This document shows positions 44,729 through 55,000 of a stretch of DNA of 64,000 bases, piece by piece. Numbering within the stretch: position 1 is the stretch's first letter; each line of letters starts with the position of its first letter. The notes beneath the pieces are model-generated. The model made no database searches, had not been told where the DNA came from, and saw only the letters and a program-made list of their open reading frames with translations. The stretch comes from Candidatus Caldarchaeales archaeon (GTDB lineage Archaea > Thermoproteota > Nitrososphaeria_A > Caldarchaeales > Wolframiiraptoraceae). The stretch spans positions 7,588 through 71,587 of the forward strand of contig JBCNVN010000001.1 of assembly GCA_039630055.1 (NCBI GenBank). Reading direction: 5' to 3'. Made by a program: the position numbers and the translations under genes.

Positions 44729-46720
44729 CTATGCGATTGCCTCTACCTTTACTACACGTCTTGGAATTATAGATTCTATCTCACTAAGTATCTGTTTGTC
44801 TGTAAACCCTCTCTGCCTCAGCGTTCTCGCTCCAGATGGACATGATGCTACACAGGTTCCACACCCTTGGCATAATGCTTCTTGAATGAGTGTGGTCTTA
44901 CTCTGAACATCATATACGGCTGCTCCATATGGGCAAACCGATACACACATCCTACAACCTGAACATGTATTCCTATTAACCTCAGCTATTATCGGCTCTA
45001 CTTCTATCACACCCGAGCTTAGTAGCGCTAACGCTTCAGATGCGGCCGCAGCTCCCTGGGCCACAGAATCAGGTATATCTTTAGGCCCTTGACATGCTCC
45101 TGCTACGAATACTCCTGTTGTCACAGTTGAGACGGGGGCTAGCTTTGGATGCTTCTCTAGGAAGAACCCATCTTTATCGAGTGGTACTCTGAATAACTTG
45201 GCAAGCTCTCTCGCATCCTTTCTAGGCTCTATAGCTGTAGCGAGAACCACCATATCTGCCTCAATGTTTTGGACTCTACCGAGTAGAGTATCTTCAAATG
45301 TTACTGTCAGCTTTCCATCTCCATTATCTACAACTTCAGCAGCCTTACCTCTAATGAAGATCACACCTTCTTCTTGAACCTTCCTATAAAATTCTTCATA
45401 CCCTTTCCCATGTGCTCTGATATCTATGTATAGATTGTATACGGTAGAGTTTGGTAGTCTTTCTTTAATTAAGTGGGCGAGCTTGATAGCGTACATACAG
45501 CAGATTCTTGAGCAATATATGTGATAATTCTCATCTCTAGATCCAACACAATGTAAGATTACTATCGTTGAAGGAGTTCTACCATCTCTCATAACAATCT
45601 TTCCACCTGTTGGACCTGATGCACTTGTGAGTCTCTCAACTTCTAGACCTGTATAGACATTTGTGTACCGCCCATATCCATATCTTTTTATTATCGTTGG
45701 GTCAAAGAGATCATATCCAGTAGCAAGAATAATTGCTCCAACCTCCAGAATTACTTCTTCAGGTTTCTGTTCAAAGTTTATCGCCTTAGTAGGACAGAAT
45801 CTCTCACAGACTCTACATATTCCCTTAGTGAAATATAAACAATGCTTTCTATCGATAGTATATTTTCTCGGTACTGCCTGAGGGAATTTTATGTATATTG
45901 CTTTCCTAAAGTTTAATCCCATATTAAATTCATCTGGAACTTTGGATGGGCATTTAGTAGCGCAAACTCCGCATCCTACACACTTGCTCTCATCAACGTA
46001 TCTAGGCTTCTTGACAACCTTGACCTTATAGTTTCCAACATGTCCTGATACTTCTTTTACTTCAGAGTAGGTAAATAAAACGATGTTCGGGTTGGATGCT
46101 AAATCAACCATCTTCGGGGTCAAGATGCATGCTGCACAATCCAATGTTGGGAATGTCTTTTCTAACTGTGCCATCCTACCTCCTATCGATGGTTCTTTCT
46201 CCACTAAGTAGACTTTCTTACCAGCTTTAGCTATCTTTAAGGCTGTCTCTATACCTGTTATTCCCCCTCCGACGATTAATACAGATTGTTTTACTGGGAG
46301 ATAGATCTTATTGAGCGGTTCATGGAATTTAACCCTGTTTACTGCTGCAGAGACTAGAAGCTTAGCTTTTTCTGTAGCTTTATCTACATTGTCTGTAACC
46401 CAAGATACTTGCTCACGGATATTCACCATCTGGAACATGTAAGGATTTAAGCCACCCTCTTCACAGACTCTCTGAAACGTCGCTCCATGCATAGTGGGAG
46501 AACAAGAAGCTACGACAACATTCGTAAGATTGTAATCCTTGATGTCTTTCTTTATTAGCTCCTGGCCTGGATCAGAACACATATATGGATAGTTTCGTGC
46601 TATGACTACTCCATCCAGATCTTTAACATACTCTCTTAGTTTCTCAACATCTACCATTGAGGCTATATTAAGACCACAATGGCATATGTATACCCCAATC
46701 CTCCTAACCATTAACATCAC
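44729..46720 (-). CDS. hdrA: Heterodisulfide reductase subunit A
   Basis: 663 aa with RIGVYICHCGLNIA, VGGGITGIETA, EKTFPTLDCAACILTPKM, an inserted ferredoxin and C-terminal ferredoxin domains. It lies downstream of hdrC-hdrB. Confidence 0.9.
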   Translation of the reverse strand: MMLMVRRIGVYICHCGLNIASMVDVEKLREYVKDLDGVVIARNYPYMCSDPGQELIKKDIKDYNLTNVVVASCSPTMHGATFQRVCEEGGLNPYMFQMVNIREQVSWVTDNVDKATEKAKLLVSAAVNRVKFHEPLNKIYLPVKQSVLIVGGGITGIETALKIAKAGKKVYLVEKEPSIGGRMAQLEKTFPTLDCAACILTPKMVDLASNPNIVLFTYSEVKEVSGHVGNYKVKVVKKPRYVDESKCVGCGVCATKCPSKVPDEFNMGLNFRKAIYIKFPQAVPRKYTIDRKHCLYFTKGICRVCERFCPTKAINFEQKPEEVILEVGAIILATGYDLFDPTIIKRYGYGRYTNVYTGLEVERLTSASGPTGGKIVMRDGRTPSTIVILHCVGSRDENYHIYCSRICCMYAIKLAHLIKERLPNSTVYNLYIDIRAHGKGYEEFYRKVQEEGVIFIRGKAAEVVDNGDGKLTVTFEDTLLGRVQNIEADMVVLATAIEPRKDARELAKLFRVPLDKDGFFLEKHPKLAPVSTVTTGVFVAGACQGPKDIPDSVAQGAAAASEALALLSSGVIEVEPIIAEVNRNTCSGCRMCVSVCPYGAAVYDVQSKTTLIQEALCQGCGTCVASCPSGARTLRQRGFTDKQILSEIESIIPRRVVKVEAIA

Positions 46721-47630
46721 CTTTTATAGTAGTGGTTAAAACTATCTTCTTGCCGAGATTCTCTAACATATCCTTGCTGACTCCGAGCTCATGGAACGGA
46801 AGATTAAAAGACAATCCAATTAGTTGAGTGAAATAGACTATCTGAATATTAGAGATATCTTTAACTTCTCTCTTCATCTTGATCTTAGCTATCTCTAAGT
46901 TTAAATGACATAGTGGGCATGCTGTAACGATACATTCTGTACCGAGCCGGATATATGATTCAAATATTTTCTTGATCATTGGTAATACTTTCTCTTCATT
47001 TGTCATCATCAGCATTCCTCCACAGCACTTTGTTTTTAAAGGAGAATCGATAGGTTTACCACCTATCCATGAGATCATCCGTTCTATAGAGTTGGGAAAT
47101 TCTGGGTCATCGAAGTATCCGTATGGTCTAGTTATCTGACATCCATAATACGGTGCGACTTTCAATCCATCCAACCCTTTAACAATACTCATCTTAAAGA
47201 GTTCTTCTCCTACATCATTTACTAGAAAATCTATTATGTGACGTACTTTAAGCTTTGATGATTCTGAATTGTTGAAGACATTATACTTTTTCTTAATCTC
47301 ATTTAAGAGTTCCATGTTTTCTGATATTTCGGTTAAAGTTCTTTTTAGTGATAGAAAGCATGCTGGACAGAGAACAAGGATTTCGGGGACACCCATCTCT
47401 AATGCTTTTGCCAGATTTCTAGCTCCTAGAAAGTATGCTCTCTTCTCATTTAATATTCTATAAAGATTTGATCCACAACAGTTCCAATCTTTTATCTCTG
47501 ATACCTGTACACCTATCTTCTTGAGTAATGCGAGGGTAGACTTCCCATAATATCTTGCTATTCCATTTTTAGAACATGAGCAGCCCGGATAATAACTGAC
47601 GTTTTTAGTTAGCTTACTATTCATAACCAC
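46704..47630 (-). CDS. hdrB: Heterodisulfide reductase subunit B
   Basis: 308 aa with two CCG domains (YYPGCS..WNCCGS..CPACF and YYGCQ..KCCGG..CPLCH). Confidence 0.88.
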   Translation of the reverse strand: MVMNSKLTKNVSYYPGCSCSKNGIARYYGKSTLALLKKIGVQVSEIKDWNCCGSNLYRILNEKRAYFLGARNLAKALEMGVPEILVLCPACFLSLKRTLTEISENMELLNEIKKKYNVFNNSESSKLKVRHIIDFLVNDVGEELFKMSIVKGLDGLKVAPYYGCQITRPYGYFDDPEFPNSIERMISWIGGKPIDSPLKTKCCGGMLMMTNEEKVLPMIKKIFESYIRLGTECIVTACPLCHLNLEIAKIKMKREVKDISNIQIVYFTQLIGLSFNLPFHELGVSKDMLENLGKKIVLTTTIKGDVNG

Positions 47631-47637
47631 ACCTCAG

Positions 47638-48150
47638 CTATGCTCTAATCTCTTCAAGATTTTCTAATTTTTCAGGAGATAGAGAGAGGACCCCTTCACG
47701 TAGTAATCTGGCTGATAGAGGTAACATCTTTAAAAGCTTCAGAGGGTTTGTTCTTAGTGAGAAAGTTATCATAAGCCTAGTCTCAGATATCCTACCATAC
47801 TTATCCACCAAGTCTACGTATGTCTTCATAAGCTTCGGATAGGTCAATCCATCAGAATATCCATTCTCCAATGCATATCTTTTCAGTGACGTCATAAACT
47901 CTCCAATATTTATCTTGGCTGGACAGCGTACAGCGCAGAGATAGCATGTTGAACATAACCATAACGTATTGCTTTTTAAAGCTTCTTCGACCAACCCCTC
48001 TCTAATCAATACGATCAATTGTCTAGGAGTATAATTCATATATTGGTTAAGTGGGCATGAGGCAGAACAGGTCCCACATTGTATACATTTCTCAATTACT
48101 GTCCGAATATACTTACTATCTTTTATAAGATGAATAGTTTGAGAGTTCAA
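47638..48150 (-). CDS. hdrC: Heterodisulfide reductase subunit C
   Basis: 170 aa with CIQCGTCSASCP and CSTCYLCAVRCP. Confidence 0.85.
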   Translation of the reverse strand: MNSQTIHLIKDSKYIRTVIEKCIQCGTCSASCPLNQYMNYTPRQLIVLIREGLVEEALKSNTLWLCSTCYLCAVRCPAKINIGEFMTSLKRYALENGYSDGLTYPKLMKTYVDLVDKYGRISETRLMITFSLRTNPLKLLKMLPLSARLLREGVLSLSPEKLENLEEIRA

Positions 48151-48154
48151 GTTC

Positions 48155-48508
48155 TCACCTAATATTATCTTCTAATTCTGACGATTTTCCACTTAGCTTC
48201 ATGGTCCATTCTAATGCATAATCTTCTCCCATTTTGTTTGCTGCAATTATTATCAAACTACTCTCAATTTCTAAAATATCTTTGGATAATTGGGATAGTG
48301 TTTTATAGTACTCAACGAGATTATCTTCTCCATCTAGATGATATTTACAATGATTTATCAGAGATTTGCAACATGTAAAAGCTGTCACTATTCTTTCTGG
48401 TACATATACATCTCTTTTCTTTAAATCGATGATAAGTTCTGCTAAAGACTTCCATTTATCTTCAATCTTGACGAGAGCCATTCTTCCATCTATGTTTTTA
48501 CCTATCAT
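48155..48508 (-). CDS. Hypothetical helical protein, first gene of the hdrCBA operon
   Basis: 117-aa ORF ending 4 nt before the hdrC start. It contains FTCCKSLINHCKYH. No family is recognised. Confidence 0.45.
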   Translation of the reverse strand: MIGKNIDGRMALVKIEDKWKSLAELIIDLKKRDVYVPERIVTAFTCCKSLINHCKYHLDGEDNLVEYYKTLSQLSKDILEIESSLIIIAANKMGEDYALEWTMKLSGKSSELEDNIR

Positions 48509-48569
48509 CCCCTCTCAGTAATAATTTATAATTCTAAATGTATATAGTTTATGTATAAAATGTTAATTC

Positions 48570-48628
48570 AGTATATACTTTATTTGTAATGTAAGTATAT
48601 ACTAAATTCGAGCTCTGCAAGTATATCC
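48570..48628. promoter_or_regulatory. Repeated palindromic box AGTATATACT in a divergent promoter
   Basis: Perfect 10-bp palindromes lie at 48570-48579 and 48594-48603, with a near copy AGTATATCC at 48620-48628. They sit between the hdr operon start (48508) and the AbrB-PhoU regulator start (48666). Confidence 0.4.
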
Positions 48629-48665
48629 GTTTATAATTGTAATAACAATAATTCTTAAATATTAA

Positions 48666-49775
48666 ATGGTATATATTCTATCTGTGATAGTAAGGAGATT
48701 GCAGAAAGTTGGACATAATACGCTATCTGTTACATTGCCGAATCAATGGATTAAGGAGATGGGGTTAAAAAAGGGTGATGCAATAGTCTTTACTTTTGAG
48801 AATGATGGTTCTATAAGACTTAAACCGAGCTCGCTAACTGAGAGAGAGAAACAGAAGAAGGAAACAATAATATACTCAGACCAGTGTAAAGACCCCTCCT
48901 TACTTGAGAGGTTAATCGTTAGTAATTATATTCTTGGACAAGATATTATAAGGATAGTCTCTTCGACCTCTCTTAGGGCGAGCTATCTTGAAACCATAAA
49001 GGGAACTGTAGGCAAGCTGATCGGTGTTGCAATAATAGAAGAGACTCCTCTCCAAGTATTACTTCAATGTGTTATCAATCCATCATCCTTTCCATTACAG
49101 GTTCTTATTAGAAGACTTTACATTATAGTATCAACTATGCATAAAGAGCTGTCTGATGCCTTAAAAGAACTCAATTTAGACCTATCTAGACAGATAATCT
49201 TGAGAGAGCCTGAAGCTGATAAGATTCACTTACTGATTTCGCGTCTCCTAACCGTAGCACAAGAGAATAAAGAAATATCTTCAGTTATAGGTATCGAAGA
49301 TGTTAAAGATATAATTCAGTATAGAATTGTATCGATGAATCTAGAGAGGATTGCCGACTGGATAGAGAGCATGTCTAGGTATATTGAGTATCTTGAGCCT
49401 AATAGAAAACTCATAGGTGAAGAAGCATTAAATTATCTATTTGATATGAGTAACCTATCACATACACTATGTTTCAATGCGATAAGCTCATTATTCTCAG
49501 GAGATCTAGAAGAAGCAAATAATGCTATTCAAAGTTATAAAGAAACTTTTCAAGATAGAGACTCGAAGATTATGCATAAATTGGCTGAGTATATTCAATG
49601 TATGCCGTGTGGACCATTGATAGGTGTAATAGCTTTTGGCCTAATAAGGGTGGCTGAACTCGGGTCAGAGATAGCTGAACTTGCAATAAACAAGGGAATA
49701 AGAAAACCTTCTAAATATTCAGAAATCCTAGTAGAAGATGAGGTGCTGAAAAAACTCTACTCAATAGAATCTTAA
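48666..49775 (+). CDS. AbrB/SpoVT-domain plus PhoU-like-domain regulator
   Basis: 369 aa. The N-terminus [34 protein letters not shown] is a swapped-hairpin AbrB motif. The C-terminus has helical PhoU-like repeats. Confidence 0.7.
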   Translation: MVYILSVIVRRLQKVGHNTLSVTLPNQWIKEMGLKKGDAIVFTFENDGSIRLKPSSLTEREKQKKETIIYSDQCKDPSLLERLIVSNYILGQDIIRIVSSTSLRASYLETIKGTVGKLIGVAIIEETPLQVLLQCVINPSSFPLQVLIRRLYIIVSTMHKELSDALKELNLDLSRQIILREPEADKIHLLISRLLTVAQENKEISSVIGIEDVKDIIQYRIVSMNLERIADWIESMSRYIEYLEPNRKLIGEEALNYLFDMSNLSHTLCFNAISSLFSGDLEEANNAIQSYKETFQDRDSKIMHKLAEYIQCMPCGPLIGVIAFGLIRVAELGSEIAELAINKGIRKPSKYSEILVEDEVLKKLYSIES

Positions 49776-49791
49776 TACCCTAAGATAACAA

Positions 49792-52098
49792 TCATATTTC
49801 TTCTCTTACCATGTATCCGGCGATAGCTAATTGTCCTAATGCTATACCCCCATCATTTGCAGGATACTTCTCCGGTAATAACAGCCTCAGCCCAGACTCT
49901 TTAATAGCCTCCTCAACTCCCTCAATAATAAATTCATTTACTGCAGCTCCTCCAGATAGTACCAAGTATCTATGTCTCCTCTTTGCAGATTTAGAAGCTA
50001 TCAAACCTAAACCATATCCGAGAGATTTCTGAACCATGTAACCTATCCTACCCTTATTCACACCATTTTCCAGTAGCTCTACAGCCTGCATGATGATAGA
50101 AGTAGTATCTATGATCTGATCCTCCATATCAAGTATCTTTACGTTAAGCATCTCCTCACATTTCTCAGATGATGCTTCCAGTCTTATTGCAGGCTCACCC
50201 TCATAGGTTCTTTCAAAGCATAAGCCGAGCAAGGTTGAAGTAGCGTCGAGAACTCTCCCTATGCTAGATGTTTTAGGAGAATTGTTAATATGCGTCAACA
50301 TCATCTCCAATTCCATCTCACCTTTTTGAAATCCTTTCTCTACTATCCCAAGTTTTCTAAACAGGTTTATCAGTTCTTTCCCATTCAACACTTTACTCAG
50401 TATCCCTCCAAGCATTCTAGCTGGATATCTTACTGCTAGGTCTCCTCCCGGCATAGGCTGTAACTCTAGATGACCTACCCTTTTAAAATCTGAATAATCT
50501 GCGATTAGGACCTCACCACCCCACAATGTTCCATCCAATCCATAACCTAATCCATCAACAGCAATTCCAACAACCTCTTCATCAATGTGATGCTCAGCCA
50601 TCACAGACGTTATATGAGCCCAGTGATGCTGAACCTTGAAGAGTTTTACATCTTTCTCTCTAGCCCAAGCCTCAGCCAGTAGTGTTGATGGATATCTAGG
50701 ATGTAGGTCTGCGGTGATGATCGAAGACTTAACATCTATTCTATAGCTTTTTACTAGAAAGCTAATATAACGTTCCAGGTCTCTGAAGCAATTATACTCA
50801 TCGATATCTCCGATGTACTGTGTTAAGATTGCCCGATCATCGAATCCAATAGCACCAGTGCTCTGAAGCATGGCCCCGAAAGCTATTATCGGTCTCTTCA
50901 ACCTGAAGGGTAGCTTACTCCATGCAGGTGTATAGCCTCTTCCCCTCCTTAAAAGCATGGGTCTTCCACGGCTAAATCTTACGACACTATCATCCACTCT
51001 ATTAATTATTCTTCTATTATGTATGAGAAAATAGTCTACATATTCAGAGAGCTTTCTCCTTGCACAGTCTTCATCGGTACACATGGGTTCATCTTTAGGG
51101 TTACCGCTAGTCATAATAGCAAATTTATCTAAAGTGTTTTTTAGAAGTAGATAGTGAAGCGCAGTATATGGGAGGAAGATTCCAAGCTGTCTAAGTCCAG
51201 GAGCAACTAAACCTGACACCTTCGAATCTTTTATAATATCTAGTAAGACTATAGGCTTCTCCTTAGACAGGAGAAGGCTTATCGCATCATCCGTTAAGTG
51301 AACTATCTTAGAAGCTGTCTCTATGTCTAGAACCATGACTGCGAATGGCTTGCTCGGTCTCTTCTTCCTAATTCTAAGACGTGTTACAACATCCTCCAAA
51401 GTAGCTGACGCAGCTATATGATATCCACCCAAGCCCTTGACAGCTATGATGTATCCTTCATCTATAAGTTTCGCTGAAGATTTTATCGCATCATATCCTT
51501 CATCAATATATTCATAGTTTCTCGTGTAGAGTTTTACGAGTGGGCCACATTCTGGACAACTAATACCTTGAGCATGAAATCTACGTCGATCATCTGGATC
51601 TGTATACTCAGAATAGCATCGAGAGCATAGTGGGAAGTCTTTCATGCTTGTATTCTTTCTATCATAGGGTATGTTTTCTATCATCGAGTATCTTGGACCA
51701 CAGTATGCACATGAGTGGAATGGATATAGGTAGAATCTGCTAGATGGATCTAATACTTCTCTTAGACAATCTTCACATATAGACGTATCAGGGGGAATCA
51801 TCGAACTTCTATGAACTTGTGGATCGCTCTCAAAGATCTTGAAACCACTATATCCTAGAGGTGTAACTTCAACTAGTTGAAAGCTTTCTACATAAGCTGC
51901 AGAGGGTCTATCTTCATCAAATGCTTTCAAGAATTTTCTAATATCCTCCTCTTCACCTTCAACATGTATCTCCACCGCACTACCACCAATATTCTTTACA
52001 TATCCATTAACCCTAGACTTTGAAGCTATCCTATAGATGAATGGTCTAAAACCAACTCCTTGAACTATCCCAACAACCAGTATTCTTACTGCCCTCAA
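49792..52098 (-). CDS. hypF: Carbamoyltransferase HypF
   Basis: 768 aa with an acylphosphatase domain (VQGVGFRPF), two CxxC-x18-CxxC zinc fingers, a YrdC-like domain and a Kae1-like domain. Confidence 0.93.
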   Translation of the reverse strand: MRAVRILVVGIVQGVGFRPFIYRIASKSRVNGYVKNIGGSAVEIHVEGEEEDIRKFLKAFDEDRPSAAYVESFQLVEVTPLGYSGFKIFESDPQVHRSSMIPPDTSICEDCLREVLDPSSRFYLYPFHSCAYCGPRYSMIENIPYDRKNTSMKDFPLCSRCYSEYTDPDDRRRFHAQGISCPECGPLVKLYTRNYEYIDEGYDAIKSSAKLIDEGYIIAVKGLGGYHIAASATLEDVVTRLRIRKKRPSKPFAVMVLDIETASKIVHLTDDAISLLLSKEKPIVLLDIIKDSKVSGLVAPGLRQLGIFLPYTALHYLLLKNTLDKFAIMTSGNPKDEPMCTDEDCARRKLSEYVDYFLIHNRRIINRVDDSVVRFSRGRPMLLRRGRGYTPAWSKLPFRLKRPIIAFGAMLQSTGAIGFDDRAILTQYIGDIDEYNCFRDLERYISFLVKSYRIDVKSSIITADLHPRYPSTLLAEAWAREKDVKLFKVQHHWAHITSVMAEHHIDEEVVGIAVDGLGYGLDGTLWGGEVLIADYSDFKRVGHLELQPMPGGDLAVRYPARMLGGILSKVLNGKELINLFRKLGIVEKGFQKGEMELEMMLTHINNSPKTSSIGRVLDATSTLLGLCFERTYEGEPAIRLEASSEKCEEMLNVKILDMEDQIIDTTSIIMQAVELLENGVNKGRIGYMVQKSLGYGLGLIASKSAKRRHRYLVLSGGAAVNEFIIEGVEEAIKESGLRLLLPEKYPANDGGIALGQLAIAGYMVREEI

Positions 52099-52234
52099 CG
52101 TATAATAATCTTTAATTCGAGAAGATTAATTTATTCTATCAACGCTAGATGACGTATTTCCCCTATGGGCCATACTTGATCATTATCATAGACCGGGAAT
52201 ATAGCTAAATTCTAGAGTCATGTGATATATTGAG

Positions 52235-52684
52235 ATGCATGAGTGGAGTATCGCTGAGAGCATAATCACAACTATAGTAGAGTCGGTTAAATATGAGAAA
52301 ATCTTGGAAGTCGATATAAGAATAGGTGAGTTGAGGGACCTAAATATCGAGGCCCTTAGAGAATCATTGAGAATACTCTCAGAGGAAACAAAATTAAAGA
52401 ATACTAAGTTTAACATCACTGTATCTAGAGCAGTTTTCAAATGTTTAAGCTGTGGAGAAGAATGGGGCATGAGTGAAGCTCTCAAGATAATGGAAGGATT
52501 GATGACCAGGGAAGGATATATTCTTGAAGAAGATGAGCTAGAGCCTCCAACCCACTTTATTCCAAGCTTGATAGTTGGATTTCAGAAGTGTCCTAGCTGT
52601 GGAAGGATGGATATAGATGTAAGATCTGGAAGAGAAATTGAGATCTATAGTGTTAAGGTGGAAGAATGCTCGACCCAAGGGTAA
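52235..52684 (+). CDS. hypA: Hydrogenase nickel-insertion protein HypA
   Basis: 149 aa with the N-terminal MHEWSIA and zinc motif CLSCG...CPSCG. Confidence 0.88.
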   Translation: MHEWSIAESIITTIVESVKYEKILEVDIRIGELRDLNIEALRESLRILSEETKLKNTKFNITVSRAVFKCLSCGEEWGMSEALKIMEGLMTREGYILEEDELEPPTHFIPSLIVGFQKCPSCGRMDIDVRSGREIEIYSVKVEECSTQG

Positions 52685-53418
52685 AATTGGTAGAGAGAAA
52701 TTTTGAGAAAGTTGAAAGAATCGTGGCCTTTGCAAGTGGGAAGGGTGGGGTTGGAAAGAGCTTAATCTCATCAGCCACATCGTATATCTTATCCCTTAAA
52801 GGATATAGAGTAGCCTATCTCGATCTAGATTTCTACGGATATGCTGGACCCCTACTCTTTTCAATAGATGGACAGATAAAAGCATGTAAAGAAGGTATCG
52901 AATTACCTATCTCAGCCGGCGTTAAAGTCATGTCTACAGGATATTTTCTAGCTGATAATCCCTTCCCATTGATGGGGAAGGATAAGATAGATTATCTACT
53001 AGATCTCTTCTCAGCCGTAAAATTTGGAGAGATTGACTTAATGGTAATAGATCTTCCCCCCGGATTAGGGGATGAACTAACATATACTCAGAGAATTTTT
53101 AGAGATAAGATTAACATTGTCCCTGTAACTTTAAGCTCAGAGATGAGTTTAAACGTGGTCGAGAAGCTTGTTAAATATTTGAAGACTGAAGAAATAAGCA
53201 TTATAGGAGTCATAGTAAATATGTTTAACATATTTAGAGAGTATGAGATCGATGAGATAAGAGCGAGGCTCGAATTGAAGATACTTTCTACGTTGTCCTA
53301 TCATCCCGAGGTGGAGAATTTTAGAACTATAAAAGAGAAGCTAGAGAACGCACCAAGATTCAAGAAAGAGATAGAAGAAACCGTGGAGAATCTTCTGAAA
53401 GAGTTAAGATTAGATTAA
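52666..53418 (+). CDS. Mrp/MinD-family P-loop ATPase, probable HypB analogue
   Basis: 250 aa with the deviant Walker A ASGKGGVGKS and DLPPG. It overlaps hypA by 19 nt. Confidence 0.8.
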   Translation: MLDPRVKLVERNFEKVERIVAFASGKGGVGKSLISSATSYILSLKGYRVAYLDLDFYGYAGPLLFSIDGQIKACKEGIELPISAGVKVMSTGYFLADNPFPLMGKDKIDYLLDLFSAVKFGEIDLMVIDLPPGLGDELTYTQRIFRDKINIVPVTLSSEMSLNVVEKLVKYLKTEEISIIGVIVNMFNIFREYEIDEIRARLELKILSTLSYHPEVENFRTIKEKLENAPRFKKEIEETVENLLKELRLD

Positions 53419-53609
53419 AGAGTTATCCTTTAAGAATCGTTCTACTCCGACCACTATAGTTCACCTATCTATTTTTTACAGATACTCTAGACCATGAGTT
53501 CAAGATATCTATAATGTTCAAGTATGTATCTAAAAATATTGAGGTATTGGATCCGAGTATTTGCTATGCTTAGAAGTTTTAATATGGTGTTCGATTTAGA
53601 TTTTAGACT

Positions 53610-54716
53610 ATGAGAGAACTGGAGAGATTGGCTGCAGAACGTGCACGTGAAGCTGTAAAATATGATAAGCTAGGTATGAAGGAAGATGCGCTGGTTAATT
53701 ATAGAGAGGCAGTTCAACTCTTGTTGAAGCTTATAAAGTTCGTGGATGACCCCGTGATGAAGAAAGTGTATGAAGAGAAGATTAAACAGTATAGTGAGAG
53801 ATTGGAGGTTCTATTAGAGAAGAGTACCGAATCATCATCAGCATCTTCAAAAACTAGAGATCGGGAGAACTATCTAATAGTTGATCCTCCACCGATTAAA
53901 TGGGAAGACATAATAGGTTTAGAAGAAGCTAAGAAGGCTCTTAGAGAGAGCATAGTATATCCATCTCTAAGACCTGAGTTGTTTCCTTTGGGATGGCCCC
54001 GAGGGATACTCTTCTTCGGTCCTCCGGGATGCGGAAAGACTATGCTGGCGGCCGCTGCCGCTAACGAGATAGACGCAGTCTTCATGCAGGTTGATGCTTC
54101 TATGATTATGTCTAAGTGGCTTGGAGAATCAGAGAAGAATATTGCATCCATCTTTGAGGATGCTAGAAGATATGAGAGGGAGGGGAAACCTGTAATAATC
54201 TTGGTAGATGAAGTAGATTCATTGACAACTTATAGGGAGAATGAGGTAGGTGGAGAGGCTAGAGCTAGGAACCAGCTTCTAAAAGAGATGGATGGTCTAC
54301 AAGATAAGGGTAGGATACCTAGAATATATGTGATAGCTGCAACGAATAAGCCCTGGCTACTTGATGAGCCATTCATCCGTAGATTCCAGAAGAGGATCTA
54401 TATCTCTCTACCAAGCTATGAGTCAAGGCTCAACATGTTTAAACACTATACAAAGAGGCTTGAACTTGAAGATGATGTAGATTTTGAAGAATTGGCAAGG
54501 ATTACAGAAGGATATAGTGGAGCAGACATATATAATATCTCTATGGAGGCGCAGTTAAAGGTTGTAAGCGAGTTCTTTGAGAAAGGTAGAGGAGATAGAC
54601 CGAGAAAGATTAGTATGAATGATTTTTATGAGATTATAAAGAAGAACAAGCCAAGTATCGAGGCAGAATCATTAAAGAAGATCTTGGAATGGGCTAGAAG
54701 ATTTGCATCAGGATAA
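53610..54716 (+). CDS. cdvC: Vps4/CdvC AAA+ ATPase (MIT domain plus AAA)
   Basis: 368 aa with an N-terminal MIT-like three-helix region, Walker A GPPGCGKT, Walker B ILVDEVD and a second region of homology. Confidence 0.88.
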   Translation: MRELERLAAERAREAVKYDKLGMKEDALVNYREAVQLLLKLIKFVDDPVMKKVYEEKIKQYSERLEVLLEKSTESSSASSKTRDRENYLIVDPPPIKWEDIIGLEEAKKALRESIVYPSLRPELFPLGWPRGILFFGPPGCGKTMLAAAAANEIDAVFMQVDASMIMSKWLGESEKNIASIFEDARRYEREGKPVIILVDEVDSLTTYRENEVGGEARARNQLLKEMDGLQDKGRIPRIYVIAATNKPWLLDEPFIRRFQKRIYISLPSYESRLNMFKHYTKRLELEDDVDFEELARITEGYSGADIYNISMEAQLKVVSEFFEKGRGDRPRKISMNDFYEIIKKNKPSIEAESLKKILEWARRFASG

Positions 54717-54758
54717 AATCATGCTTCCATTATATCTCTCTATAGAATTATCTTTACA

Positions 54759-54908
54759 TTATCTTAGAACCTCATATATGAATAAGGTTATAATTCCTGC
54801 TAAAGCTATCGTTAGATAATCTGATATAAGCGGCCATCCCGTAGATAACCCTACTATTATCAACATCAACCCTATATAGGTCTTTACAAACTTCAAAGGT
54901 CTTCTCAT
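54759..54908 (-). CDS. Small (49 aa) two-helix membrane ORF below the ORF-track threshold
   Basis: Reading MRRPLKFVKTYIGLMLIIVGLSTGWPLISDYLTIALAGIITLFIYEVLR. No homology is recognised. Confidence 0.25.
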   Translation of the reverse strand: MRRPLKFVKTYIGLMLIIVGLSTGWPLISDYLTIALAGIITLFIYEVLR

Positions 54909-55000
54909 CTATCCATTCAGCATCTGATTATTATATAAATTAACTTTTCTACTCTGATAACTCGTTAAATTCGATCTGAACCCAGCCATGGAAACCAAGC

